From the NCBI GenBank assembly GCA_023264975.1, contig JAHFUS010000007.1, positions 11,948 to 75,947 on the forward strand: a stretch of 64,000 nt of DNA. Reading direction: 5' to 3'. Positions 16,725 to 25,700 of this stretch are shown here, piece by piece. The first letter of the stretch is position 1. Each line of letters opens with the position of its first letter. Source of the stretch: Actinomycetes bacterium. GTDB lineage: Bacteria; Actinomycetota; Acidimicrobiia; Acidimicrobiales; GCA-2861595. The translations under genes were made by a program, and so were the position numbers. The notes beneath the pieces are model-generated. The model made no database searches and was not told where the DNA came from. It saw only the letters and a program-made list of their open reading frames with translations.

Positions 16725-17368
16725 GAGGCCACTGAAGCGGGCTCGGGCACCAGTTGGGCCCGGACCAGCCGGGAGAGGCCGGAGAAGGCGCTGAGGCGGT
16801 GCAGTCGGGCCAGCAGCAGCCCGGCGTCGATGATGCGGGCCACGGCGGCGTCGACGGGTACCTGGGCGACGACGGGTGCGCCCACGACGTCGCTCACGTC
16901 GGCCGGGCCGAGGGGCCGGCCGGCTTCGGCCAGCACCACAATGCCGTCGGGTCGCCACGGGTGCTCGATGGCGGCGCGCAGGCTCAGGTAACACGGCCCC
17001 CGCACCACGAGCCAGCGACTGGTGGTGCCCGAGGCGTCCTCGAGCTGGTGTGGCTCACCGAGCTCGTCGAGCCGGCCGAGGTCGGCCACCACGACCTGCG
17101 AGCCGTCGCCCGGTGTGGGCGAGCTGGCGCAGGCTTCGCCCGGCTCCACTTCTGCACCGGCATCTAGGACGAAATTGGCGGAGATAGAGGTAGTCGAGGA
17201 CCAGTTGGGCGGCGTCGGCGTTCCGGTGAGGGCGCACACATCGCCGGGGCGGCCGGCGATGAGACGGGTCGGGACATGGCCGGCGGCGAGGGCGGCCACG
17301 ACGGTGGCGACCGTCGTGGTGCCCTGGCCTCCCTTGGCGCCGGCGATGAGGTAGCGGTGCAGCGCCAT
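16721..17368 (-). CDS. ParA/MinD-like P-loop protein (degenerate)
   Basis: N-terminus YLIAGAKGGQGTTTVATVVA resembles the deviant Walker A of ParA-like ATPases. 215 aa. Confidence 0.6.
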   Translation of the reverse strand: MALHRYLIAGAKGGQGTTTVATVVAALAAGHVPTRLIAGRPGDVCALTGTPTPPNWSSTTSISANFVLDAGAEVEPGEACASSPTPGDGSQVVVADLGRLDELGEPHQLEDASGTTSRWLVVRGPCYLSLRAAIEHPWRPDGIVVLAEAGRPLGPADVSDVVGAPVVAQVPVDAAVARIIDAGLLLARLHRLSAFSGLSRLVRAQLVPEPASVAS

Positions 17369-17386
17369 CGTGTGATTCCCGCCCGC

Positions 17387-17728
17387 TCAGGCTGCGGTCG
17401 AGACGGTGGCTGGCGCCCGGTCGAGGAACTCCACGGCGGTGGCCACCACGCGGTGCACCCGGCGGGTGGTGCCGTCCTCGGCGGTCCAGCGGTTGAGGTC
17501 GAGCCGGCCGGTCACGGCCACCTGGCGACCCTTGGCCAGGTAGCGGGCGCAGGCGTCGGCCGGCGTCCCCCACACCTCGACGTCGACGTAGCACGGCTCG
17601 CCGTCGCGGCCCCGCTCGGCGGGCACGGCGAGGGCCAGCTTGGTGACGGTCCGCTCGCCGGCCTCGGTGGTGATGCTGCGGCTGGTCGGGTCGGTGGTGA
17701 GACGGCCGATCAGATGGACGCTGTTCAT
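17387..17728 (-). CDS. ssb: Single-stranded DNA-binding protein (short, no acidic tail)
   Basis: MNSVHLIGRLTTDP...VDVEVWG...A.YL.KGRQVAVTGRL is the classic SSB OB-fold N-terminal pattern. Confidence 0.8.
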   Translation of the reverse strand: MNSVHLIGRLTTDPTSRSITTEAGERTVTKLALAVPAERGRDGEPCYVDVEVWGTPADACARYLAKGRQVAVTGRLDLNRWTAEDGTTRRVHRVVATAVEFLDRAPATVSTAA

Positions 17729-17870
17729 GGGATTCGCTCCTTGGGTGAAGGAAGATCAGCGGGGGAGTGGTGGTGGTGCCGACAGGGCCGGGCCGTCTTC
17801 CCCGAACGGACCCGGCCCCGCGGTCGTGACCGGCGGGCGTCGACTCCCCGAGCGGCGCCCGCCGGCCGAT

Positions 17871-18302
17871 CTATGCCGCCGGGTGCAGCTCGGCCAGGAA
17901 CGCCGGAAGGCGGGCCAGCTGGCGCTGGGTGAGCGGCGGCCAGGCCAGGCGCACCCGGTACAGCGGCGTGGCCGTGGCGTGGAAGGTGGCCAGGCCGAAG
18001 GCGCTCAGGCGCTCCAGGGTGCGGCAGATCCTGGAGTTCCGCCCGGCCCCGCCGGGGATCCCGAGGGCGTGGCCGAACGACACCAGCTCCACCTCGTAGC
18101 CGGCCGGGCTGCGGTCGAGGCCGTCGACCAGGAATCGAGCCGCCACCAACGAGGACGGCCCCAAGATTGGCAACCAATACTGCGATGAATAGGCGCTGCG
18201 AGGGTCGTGGCCGTGGTCCTCGACCAGGCGGTCCCGGTAGGCCTCGATGCGCAGCGACGAGACACCGGCGATCCGGTGGTGCTGATCGGACAGGGTGGAC
18301 AC
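17871..18302 (-). CDS. Hypothetical ICE protein (143 aa)
   Basis: GTG 18302 is preceded by GGAAGGAG (5-nt spacer). An alternative ATG lies at 18347. The upstream part of the 352-aa track ORF looks like shadow sequence. Confidence 0.5.
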   Translation of the reverse strand: MSTLSDQHHRIAGVSSLRIEAYRDRLVEDHGHDPRSAYSSQYWLPILGPSSLVAARFLVDGLDRSPAGYEVELVSFGHALGIPGGAGRNSRICRTLERLSAFGLATFHATATPLYRVRLAWPPLTQRQLARLPAFLAELHPAA

Positions 18303-18393
18303 GGCAACTCCTTCCGGGGGGAACGGCGATGCAGGCAAACCAACCATGCAAAGCGGTTCGATGTCAAGAGAAATCGAGTCTGAGCCGAATGTT

Positions 18394-18415
18394 CTTTGAC
18401 ACTCAACTGTCAAAG
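18394..18415. promoter_or_regulatory. Palindromic operator-like motif, copy 1 (CTTTGACA-N6-TGTCAAAG)
   Basis: Perfect 8-bp inverted arms. Core TTTGAC-N8-GTCAAA is shared with the sites at 28112 and 30428. Lies 92 bp upstream of the 18302 start. Confidence 0.5.
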
Positions 18416-18855
18416 CACAGGGCGCAGAGGGCTGGCTGCCATTCCCGAGCCAAACGACAGACCGTGGTGCGCCCCGCTCCTGGCCTTCCGGTTCCGCCGC
18501 CGGCTCGCCACCGCATGGTCGCCCGCGAGGAACTCCTCGTCGGCCCGGTGGCATGCGGCGTCTGACGCACTGGAGCGGGCCCTCGTCCACGGCGTGGTTC
18601 GCCCGACCGTGATGATCTCCCGGCACGACCGCCCCGCGGGACAACCACTCGTCACCCTGTCGACGACTCGGGGGGTCAAGCCCGCACCTACCGCTCCCGG
18701 CAGGGAGCGGCCACTCTGTGACTCGATCCGGGACCTCCCCGGGGCTGGGGCAAGGGCCGCTACACGGTGCGGGGCGCGTACCACACCGACCTGGCACCAC
18801 TCCGGCGCTCCGGCTCTTCCACGAGGCCGGTACCGGCCACCATCGACCGAGAGCC

Positions 18856-19254
18856 TTACGGCTGGATGACCGGGACGCCGATCCCCGGCGCGTTCGCCAG
18901 CTTGACGTCGACGGTGACCAGCTCCGCACCGAGATGGCGGGCCAGCACGACGTACAGGGCGTCAGGGACGGTGATGTTGTGACGAAGCGTCCAAGCCTCA
19001 GCGAGGAGTGGCTTCACCTGCACCCGCCGCAGCGGTGCAGCGAGGAGGCGACTGATGGCGGCTGCCGTGCGGGGCGTCGTGATCCGCCCCGCCAGCTCGG
19101 CCCGGCGCAGCACCGCCGCGACCTCGGCGTAGTACACCTCGGGCACCCACTCGACTGCCTGAGCAGGCAACTTCGCCCTCAGGGCGCTCCCGGTCGAGGT
19201 GTTCAGCAGGAGTTCGACACCCGCCGAGGCGTCGATGACGACAGGTGGGTTCAA
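18856..19254 (-). CDS. vapC: PIN-domain toxin (VapC-like)
   Basis: VVIDASAGVELL... (first acidic residue) and ...DALYVVLARHLGAELVTVD fit the PIN pattern. The TTG start overlaps the upstream stop (TTGA). Confidence 0.7.
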   Translation of the reverse strand: MNPPVVIDASAGVELLLNTSTGSALRAKLPAQAVEWVPEVYYAEVAAVLRRAELAGRITTPRTAAAISRLLAAPLRRVQVKPLLAEAWTLRHNITVPDALYVVLARHLGAELVTVDVKLANAPGIGVPVIQP

Positions 19255-19424
19255 ACCTCGCCGGCTTCGCGGGCCTCGGCCAGCAGCTGGGCGGCGCTGA
19301 CGCCGAGTGCCACGGGCTCGTCGAGATCGATCAGGGCGAACCACTCCTCCAGGGTCATGGTCGGCTCATCGTCGATGGGGACCACGACGCTGTCGATCTC
19401 GAAGCTCCCAGCGGGATCGGCCAC
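19251..19424 (-). CDS. Putative antitoxin partner of VapC; start uncertain (GTG 19424, ATG 19359 or ATG 19517)
   Basis: Small acidic ORF ending 4 nt into the vapC start. No recognisable RHH/AbrB/Phd motif by eye. Confidence 0.4.
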   Translation of the reverse strand: MADPAGSFEIDSVVVPIDDEPTMTLEEWFALIDLDEPVALGVSAAQLLAEAREAGEV

Positions 19425-19547
19425 ACCAAATCGTACCCATTCGCATGCGCGTTCCGGGCAGCTCGGTGCCGTCCGCACCGGGACATGAGACGCCCCCCGC
19501 CGTTGGAGTGTCAGCATGGTCGGCGACACCAACGGGAGCGGGAGCGC

Positions 19548-21569
19548 ATGGCGGTCAAGGGCAACGAGGTCATCCGCAACCACGCGGCGTTCATCTGGTC
19601 GGTGGCCGACCTGCTGCGGGGCGACTACAAGCAGTCCGAGTACGGCCGGGTCGTCCTGCCGCTGACGGTGCTGCGCCGCCTCGACTGCGTGCTGGAGCCG
19701 ACCAAGGCGAAGGTGCTCGCCCGGGCCGCCCAATTGGAGGGCAGGGTCGAGAACCTGGAGCCGATCCTGTGCCGGGAGTCGGGTGAGCAGTTCTTCAACA
19801 CCTCCAGGCACGACTTCAAGACGTTGCTGGCCGCCCCCGACGACCTGGCCGACAACCTCCGCCACTACATCGCCAACTTCTCCGCCGGCGCCCGTGACGT
19901 GATCGGCAAGTTCGACTTCGACGCCCAGATCACCCGCCTCGACCGCTCCAACCTGCTCTACCTGGTCGTGTCGAAGTTCGCCGCCCTCGACCTGCATCCC
20001 GACGCCGTCTCGAATCTGGAGATGGGCTACCTCTACGAGGAGCTCATCCGCCGCTTCTCCGAGCTGTCCAACGAGACCGCCGGCGAGCACTTCACCCCCC
20101 GTGAGGTCATCCGGCTGATGGTGAACCTGCTGTTCATCGAGGACACCGACCTGCTCACCCGGCCCGGCATCGCCAAGACCCTCCTCGACCCGGCCTGCGG
20201 TACCGGCGGGATGCTGTCGGTGGCCGAGGACCGGCTGCGCGAGCTCAACCCGCAGGCGCGCCTCCACGTCTACGGCCAGGAGCTCAACGCCGAGACCTAT
20301 GCCATCTGCCGCTCCGACATGATGCTCAAGGGCCAGGACGCCACCAACATCGTCTACGGCAACAGCTTCTCCGAGGACGGCCACGTCGGCTTCAAGGCCG
20401 ACTACCTCCTGGCCAACCCGCCCTTCGGCGTGGAGTGGAAGAAGGTCGCCGACACCATCCGCGACGAGGCCGACAAGAAGGGCTTCGCCGGCCGCTTCGG
20501 GGCCGGCCTGCCGAGGATCAACGACGGGTCGTTCCTGTTCCTCCAGCACATGATCTCCAAGATGAAGCCGGTCGACCAGGGTGGCTCCCGGGTCGCCATC
20601 GTGTTCAACGGGTCCCCGCTGTTCACCGGCGGCGCAGGGTCCGGCGAATCCGAGATCCGCCGATGGATCATCGAGAACGACTGGCTCGAAGCCGTCGTGG
20701 CCCTGCCCGACCAGCTCTTCTACAACACCGGCATCTCCACCTACTTCTGGGTCGTCACCAACCGCAAGCACCCTCGGCGGCGGGGCAGGGTGCAGCTCGT
20801 CGACGCCCGCGACTTCTTCGTCAAGATGCGCAAGAGCCTGGGCGAGAAGCGCAAGCAGATCAGCGACACCCAGATTGACGACGTCGTCCGCCTCTACGGC
20901 GACTTCACCGAGAACGACCGGGTCAAGATCTTCCCCAACGAGGCGTTCGGGTTCCTCCGCGTCACCGTCGAGCGCCCCCTCCGCCTCCGCTGGGAGATCA
21001 CCGACGAGACCCTCGCCCTCGTCCGGGCCGAGAAGAAGCTGGCCAAGCTCCACCCCGACGTAGTCGACACCATCGTCACTGGCATTGCCCAGCACGTGGG
21101 CGCCACTACCACCGAACGCCACGAGATGGGCAAGATCGTCCTTCCGCTCCCGCAGGTCGCCGGACTCACCGTCCCGCAGCAACGGGCCGTGATCGACGCC
21201 CTCGCCGTCGCCGACCCCGAAGCGCCGGCAGTCACCAACACCAAGGGCGAACTGGAGCCCGCCCCGGACCTGCGCGACCAGGAGAACGTCCGTCTGCCCA
21301 CCTTGCGCGTCGGTTACGAGGACGACCCGTCCCACCGGCTGGCGACGATCGAGTACCGCACCGCCGTCGACGACTACGTGACCGCCGAGGTCCACCCCCA
21401 CGTACCCGACGCCTGGGTCGACCACGACAAGACCAAGGTCGGCTACGAGATCCCCCTCACCCGCCACTTCTACAAGTACGTCCCACCCCGCCCGCTGGCC
21501 GAGATCGACGCCGAGATCAAGCAACTTGAAGCCGAGATCCAGGAACTGCTGCGCGAGGTGACGGAGTGA
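19548..21569 (+). CDS. hsdM: Type I restriction-modification methyltransferase subunit M
   Basis: N-terminus AFIWSVADLLRGDYKQSEYGRVVLPLTVLRRLD. SAM motif DPACGTGGML and catalytic NPPF (LLANPPFG). Confidence 0.9.
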   Translation: MAVKGNEVIRNHAAFIWSVADLLRGDYKQSEYGRVVLPLTVLRRLDCVLEPTKAKVLARAAQLEGRVENLEPILCRESGEQFFNTSRHDFKTLLAAPDDLADNLRHYIANFSAGARDVIGKFDFDAQITRLDRSNLLYLVVSKFAALDLHPDAVSNLEMGYLYEELIRRFSELSNETAGEHFTPREVIRLMVNLLFIEDTDLLTRPGIAKTLLDPACGTGGMLSVAEDRLRELNPQARLHVYGQELNAETYAICRSDMMLKGQDATNIVYGNSFSEDGHVGFKADYLLANPPFGVEWKKVADTIRDEADKKGFAGRFGAGLPRINDGSFLFLQHMISKMKPVDQGGSRVAIVFNGSPLFTGGAGSGESEIRRWIIENDWLEAVVALPDQLFYNTGISTYFWVVTNRKHPRRRGRVQLVDARDFFVKMRKSLGEKRKQISDTQIDDVVRLYGDFTENDRVKIFPNEAFGFLRVTVERPLRLRWEITDETLALVRAEKKLAKLHPDVVDTIVTGIAQHVGATTTERHEMGKIVLPLPQVAGLTVPQQRAVIDALAVADPEAPAVTNTKGELEPAPDLRDQENVRLPTLRVGYEDDPSHRLATIEYRTAVDDYVTAEVHPHVPDAWVDHDKTKVGYEIPLTRHFYKYVPPRPLAEIDAEIKQLEAEIQELLREVTE

Positions 21570-22789
21570 CCTACCCGGTCCAGCCGTTGAAGCACATGGC
21601 GCTGGTGGCGGTGAGCAACGTCGATAAGAAGTCGGCCGACGAAGAGCTCCCGGTTCGTCTCGTCAACTACACCGATGTGTACTACGGCGATCGGATCACG
21701 CCGGAGCTGCCGCTCATGCTTGCTACTGCGACGCCTGCTCAGGTGAGGGCGTTTCGAGTTCGGTCCGGCGACGTTCTGATCACGAAGGACTCGGAGGCGG
21801 CTGATGACATTGGCATCCCGGCCTTCGTGGACGCCTCCTCGGCGGACATGGTGCTGGGCTACCACCTGGCGATGCTCCGGCCGGTAATAAGTTCCGTGCA
21901 TCCGAGGTATTTGTACTGGGCAATGGCATCCGACCGCTTACGTGGTCAGCTGTCGGCTGGGGCCACCGGCGTGACTCGCTTCGGGTTGCGGACGGACGTG
22001 ATCGCCTCGGCTGCAGTGCCCTACCCTCGTCTCGGCGAGCAAGGTCTGATCGCCGACTTCCTCGACACCGAGACCGCCCGCATCGACGCCCTCATCACCA
22101 AGAAGCGCCGTATGATCGAACTCCTTGGCGAGCGAGATGGCGCTAGAATCGAGGAGGTTCTCTGTGCTGCTGCGGATCGGGAGATCTCGCTCCGCCGCCT
22201 GCTCGTGGGCCTCCCGCGGTACGGCGCCGCGGAAGCTGGCACCACCGGCGCCGACGAATGGCCTCGCTACATCCGAATCACTGACCTAACGGAAGCTGGG
22301 CTTCTCCGTGCCGACGGAATCCTTCGACTTCCTCCCGACATTGCGACTCCCTTCCTGTTGGAGGACGGGGATCTCCTCCTAGCCCGAAGTGGCGCAACTG
22401 TCGGGAAGGCGTTCCTTTACCGGGGATTGATGGGAAGTGCAGCGTTCGCCGGCTACTTGATCCGATTCCGTGCCGACCAGCGGAAGATTCTTCCGGAACT
22501 TATCGAAGCCTGGACCCGAACACGCCACTATTGGTCACAGGTCCGGCTGGCCTCGCTCCAGGCAACGATCGAGAACGTTAGCGCCGAGAAATACAAGGAC
22601 TTCTCCGTTCCTCTTGTGCCTCGAAGCCGTCAAGGGGCGGTATTAGTTGGAGTCAATGCCGTCCGCGAGAACAACCGCTTGGCCCGCGGCGCATTGATAC
22701 GGCAGATAGCGCTCCTGCAGGAGCACCGTCAGGCCCTCATCACTGCGGCAGTGACCGGCGACCTCGACGTCCCAGGGGCGGCGGCGTGA
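21566..22789 (+). CDS. hsdS: Type I restriction-modification specificity subunit S
   Basis: GTGA overlap with hsdM. Two-TRD architecture with conserved central and C-terminal helices (DFLDTETARIDALITKKRRMIELL ... QIALLQEHRQALITAAVTG). Confidence 0.85.
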   Translation: MTYPVQPLKHMALVAVSNVDKKSADEELPVRLVNYTDVYYGDRITPELPLMLATATPAQVRAFRVRSGDVLITKDSEAADDIGIPAFVDASSADMVLGYHLAMLRPVISSVHPRYLYWAMASDRLRGQLSAGATGVTRFGLRTDVIASAAVPYPRLGEQGLIADFLDTETARIDALITKKRRMIELLGERDGARIEEVLCAAADREISLRRLLVGLPRYGAAEAGTTGADEWPRYIRITDLTEAGLLRADGILRLPPDIATPFLLEDGDLLLARSGATVGKAFLYRGLMGSAAFAGYLIRFRADQRKILPELIEAWTRTRHYWSQVRLASLQATIENVSAEKYKDFSVPLVPRSRQGAVLVGVNAVRENNRLARGALIRQIALLQEHRQALITAAVTGDLDVPGAAA

Positions 22790-25700
22790 GCAGGATGGAC
22801 GAGGCCCTGTTCGAGTCGTTCATCTGCGAACGGCTCGTCGGATCGATGGGCTACGACGCCGTCAAGATTGGAACGGCGCAGGGGGCGCCGACGGACTTCG
22901 ACCCGGTGCGTGCGCTGGACACGGCCGAGCTGTTCGCCTTCATCGGGGCGACGCAGATCGACACCTGGAACCAGCTTCTCACCCTCTACGGCAACGACCC
23001 GGACAAGGCGCAGCGGTCCTTCGCCGACCGCCTGGCCAAGGAGCTCGACGCCCGGGGCACCGTCGACGCGCTCCGCCACGGAGTCGTCGACCTCGGGGTG
23101 ACGTTCAAGCTGGCGTACTTCCGGCCGGCGTCGGGCCTGACGCCGGCGCTGCTGGAGCGCTACGCGAAGAACCGCCTGACCGTCACCCGCCAGCTTCCCT
23201 ATAGCGCCGGGTCCACCCGGACGCTGGACCTGTGCCTGTTCGTGAACGGCATCCCGGTGGCCACCGCCGAGCTGAAGAACGCCATCACCGGCCAGGGCAT
23301 CGACGAGGCCATCGAGCAGTACCGCACCGACCGTGACCCGAACAACGCCCTGCTGCGCCGGGCGGTGGTGCACTTCGCGGTGGACACCGAGCGGGTGGCC
23401 ATGACCACCCGGCTGGCCGGTAAGGGCACGCGCTTCCTGCCCTTCAACCGGGGCCACAACCTGGGGGCCGGCAACCCCCCGAACCCCGACGGGCACCGGA
23501 CGGCCTACCTGTGGGAGAGGGTGTGGCAGCGCGACGCCTGGCTGGACCTGCTGAACCGCTTCGTGCACGTGGAGCCTGCCCCGAAGGGCTCCAAGGCGCC
23601 GGCCACGGTCATCTTCCCGCGGTTCCACCAGTGGGACGCCGTCCTGGCTCTCATCGCCGGCGCCCGCGAGCACGGGCCAGGGCACGACTACCTGGTGCAG
23701 CACTCTGCAGGGTCGGGGAAGTCGAACACCCTGGCCTGGTTGGCCCACCGGCTGTCGTCGCTGCATGACGCCGCCGACGGCAAGGTGTTTGACAAGGTGG
23801 TGGTCATCACCGACCGGCGCATCCTCGACCGCCAGCTCCAGGACACCATCTACCAGTTCGAGCACGCGCATGGCGTGGTGGTGCGGGTCGACCAGAACTC
23901 CCAGCAGCTGGCCGACGCCCTGGAGGGCGAGCAGGCCCGCATCGTCATCACCACCCTGCAGAAGTTCCCGTTCGTCACCGAGAAGATCGGGGCCCTCCCC
24001 AACCGCACCTACGCGGTGATCGTCGACGAGGCCCACTCCTCCCAGACTGGTGACTCGGCCACCGCCCTCAAGGCCGTGCTCGGCAACAAGGCGCCGGAGC
24101 CGAACCCGGAGGAGCCGCCGGACCCGGCCGAGGACGCCCTGGCCGCCGCCGTGGCGGCCCGGGGCAAGCAGGCGAACCTGTCGTTCTTCGCCTTCACCGC
24201 CACCCCCAAGGCCCGCACGCTCGAGCTGTTCGGCCGTTACGACCGGGTCACCGACCGCCACGAGCCGTTCCACCTGTACTCCATGCGCCAGGCCATCGAG
24301 GAGGGCTTCATCCTCGACGTGCTGGCCAACTACGTCACCTACACGACCTACTGGCAGATCGAGCAGGCCACCCCGGACGACCCCGAGTACGACGCTCGCA
24401 AGGCCAAGGCGGCCATCGCCCGGTTCGTGTCGCTGCACCCCCACCAGCTGGCCCAGAAGGCCGAGGTCATCGTCGAGCACTACCGGGCCAGGGTGCGCCA
24501 CAAGATCGGCGGCCGGGCCAAGGCCATGGTCGTCACCGCCTCCCGGGAGCACGCAGCCCGCTACAAGCTGGCCCTCGACCGCTACATCAACGACAAGGGC
24601 TACAAGGACGTCGGGGTCCTGGTGGCCTTCTCCGGGAGCCTCGACCTGGACGGCGCCGACGTGACCGAGTCGTCGATGAACGGGTTCCCCGACACCCAGA
24701 CGGCGACCGAGTTCGACACCGAGGCGTGGCACGTGCTGGTCGTGGCCGAGAAGTACCAGACGGGGTTCGACCAGCCCAAGCTCTACGCCATGTACACCGA
24801 CAAGCCCCTCACCGGCCTGGCCGCCGTGCAGACCCTGTCCCGGCTCAACCGCACCTACGACCGCGACGGGATCCGCAAGGACGGAACCTTCGTCCTCGAC
24901 TTCCGCAACGACGCCGAGGACATCCGGGCCTCCTTCGAGCCCTGGTACGGGGCCACCGTGGCCCCCCCGACCGACCCGAACCTGCTCTACGACACCCGCC
25001 ACGCCCTCGACCCCTTCGGCGTGCTCTGGCCCGACGAGATCGAACGCGCCGTGACCCTGCTACTGGCCAAGGGCAAAGTGGCCCACGACCGGGTGCACGC
25101 CGCCCTGGCGCCGGCCATCGACCGCTTCGGCGAGCTGGCCACCGACGAGCAGGACCGGTTCCTCGACGCCCTCAAACGCTTCATCCGGACCTACGCCTTC
25201 CTGTCACAGGTGGTCTCCTTCACCGACACCAAGCTGGAGCGGGACTACCTGTTCTGCAAGGCCCTGGCCGCCTTCCTACGCACCGGCGGCAGCGAAGCCG
25301 TCCATCCCGACGTCGAGCTCACGCACCTCAGGATCGACCAAACCTTCGAGGGCTCGGTCACCCTCACCACCGCCGAGGGCGTGGTGACCACGATCTTCGG
25401 CGGCGGCAAGCTCCACGAGCCAGAGGTCGAGCCGTTGTCGCAGATCATCGAGCGACTCAACGAGCGGTTCGGCACCACGTTCGCCCCCGAGGACCGGGTC
25501 TTCTACGACACCATCGCCGAGAAGCTCACCCGGCGATCCGACATCCAGCAGGCCGCCGCGGCCAACTCCCCGGAGAACTTCGCGCTGATCCTGGCCAAGG
25601 AGTTCCAGGGCGGGGTGCTCGACCAGCTCGGCGTGGCCGAGGACATGGCGCTGTCCTACATCGACAGCCCCGACATGCAGGGCGAGATCCTGGCCGCCTA

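Noticed and set aside
18396-18869. ORFs of 81-157 aa in the 18.3-18.85 kb gap (both strands)
   Set aside because: They have Arg/Pro/Ala-rich composition and mutually overlapping frames, with no SD-start pairing and no motifs. The region is treated as non-coding pending expression data.
19251-21524. 757-aa ORF antisense to hsdM
   Set aside because: Gly/Val/Asp/Leu-rich shadow frame, typical of the reverse strand of a high-GC gene. The plus strand carries unmistakable HsdM motifs. Only its last 57-88 codons (the vapB-like ORF) are plausibly real.
22729-25002. 757-aa ORF antisense to hsdR
   Set aside because: Low-complexity G/V/L/D/R composition with no motifs. The opposite strand encodes HsdR with helicase motifs.
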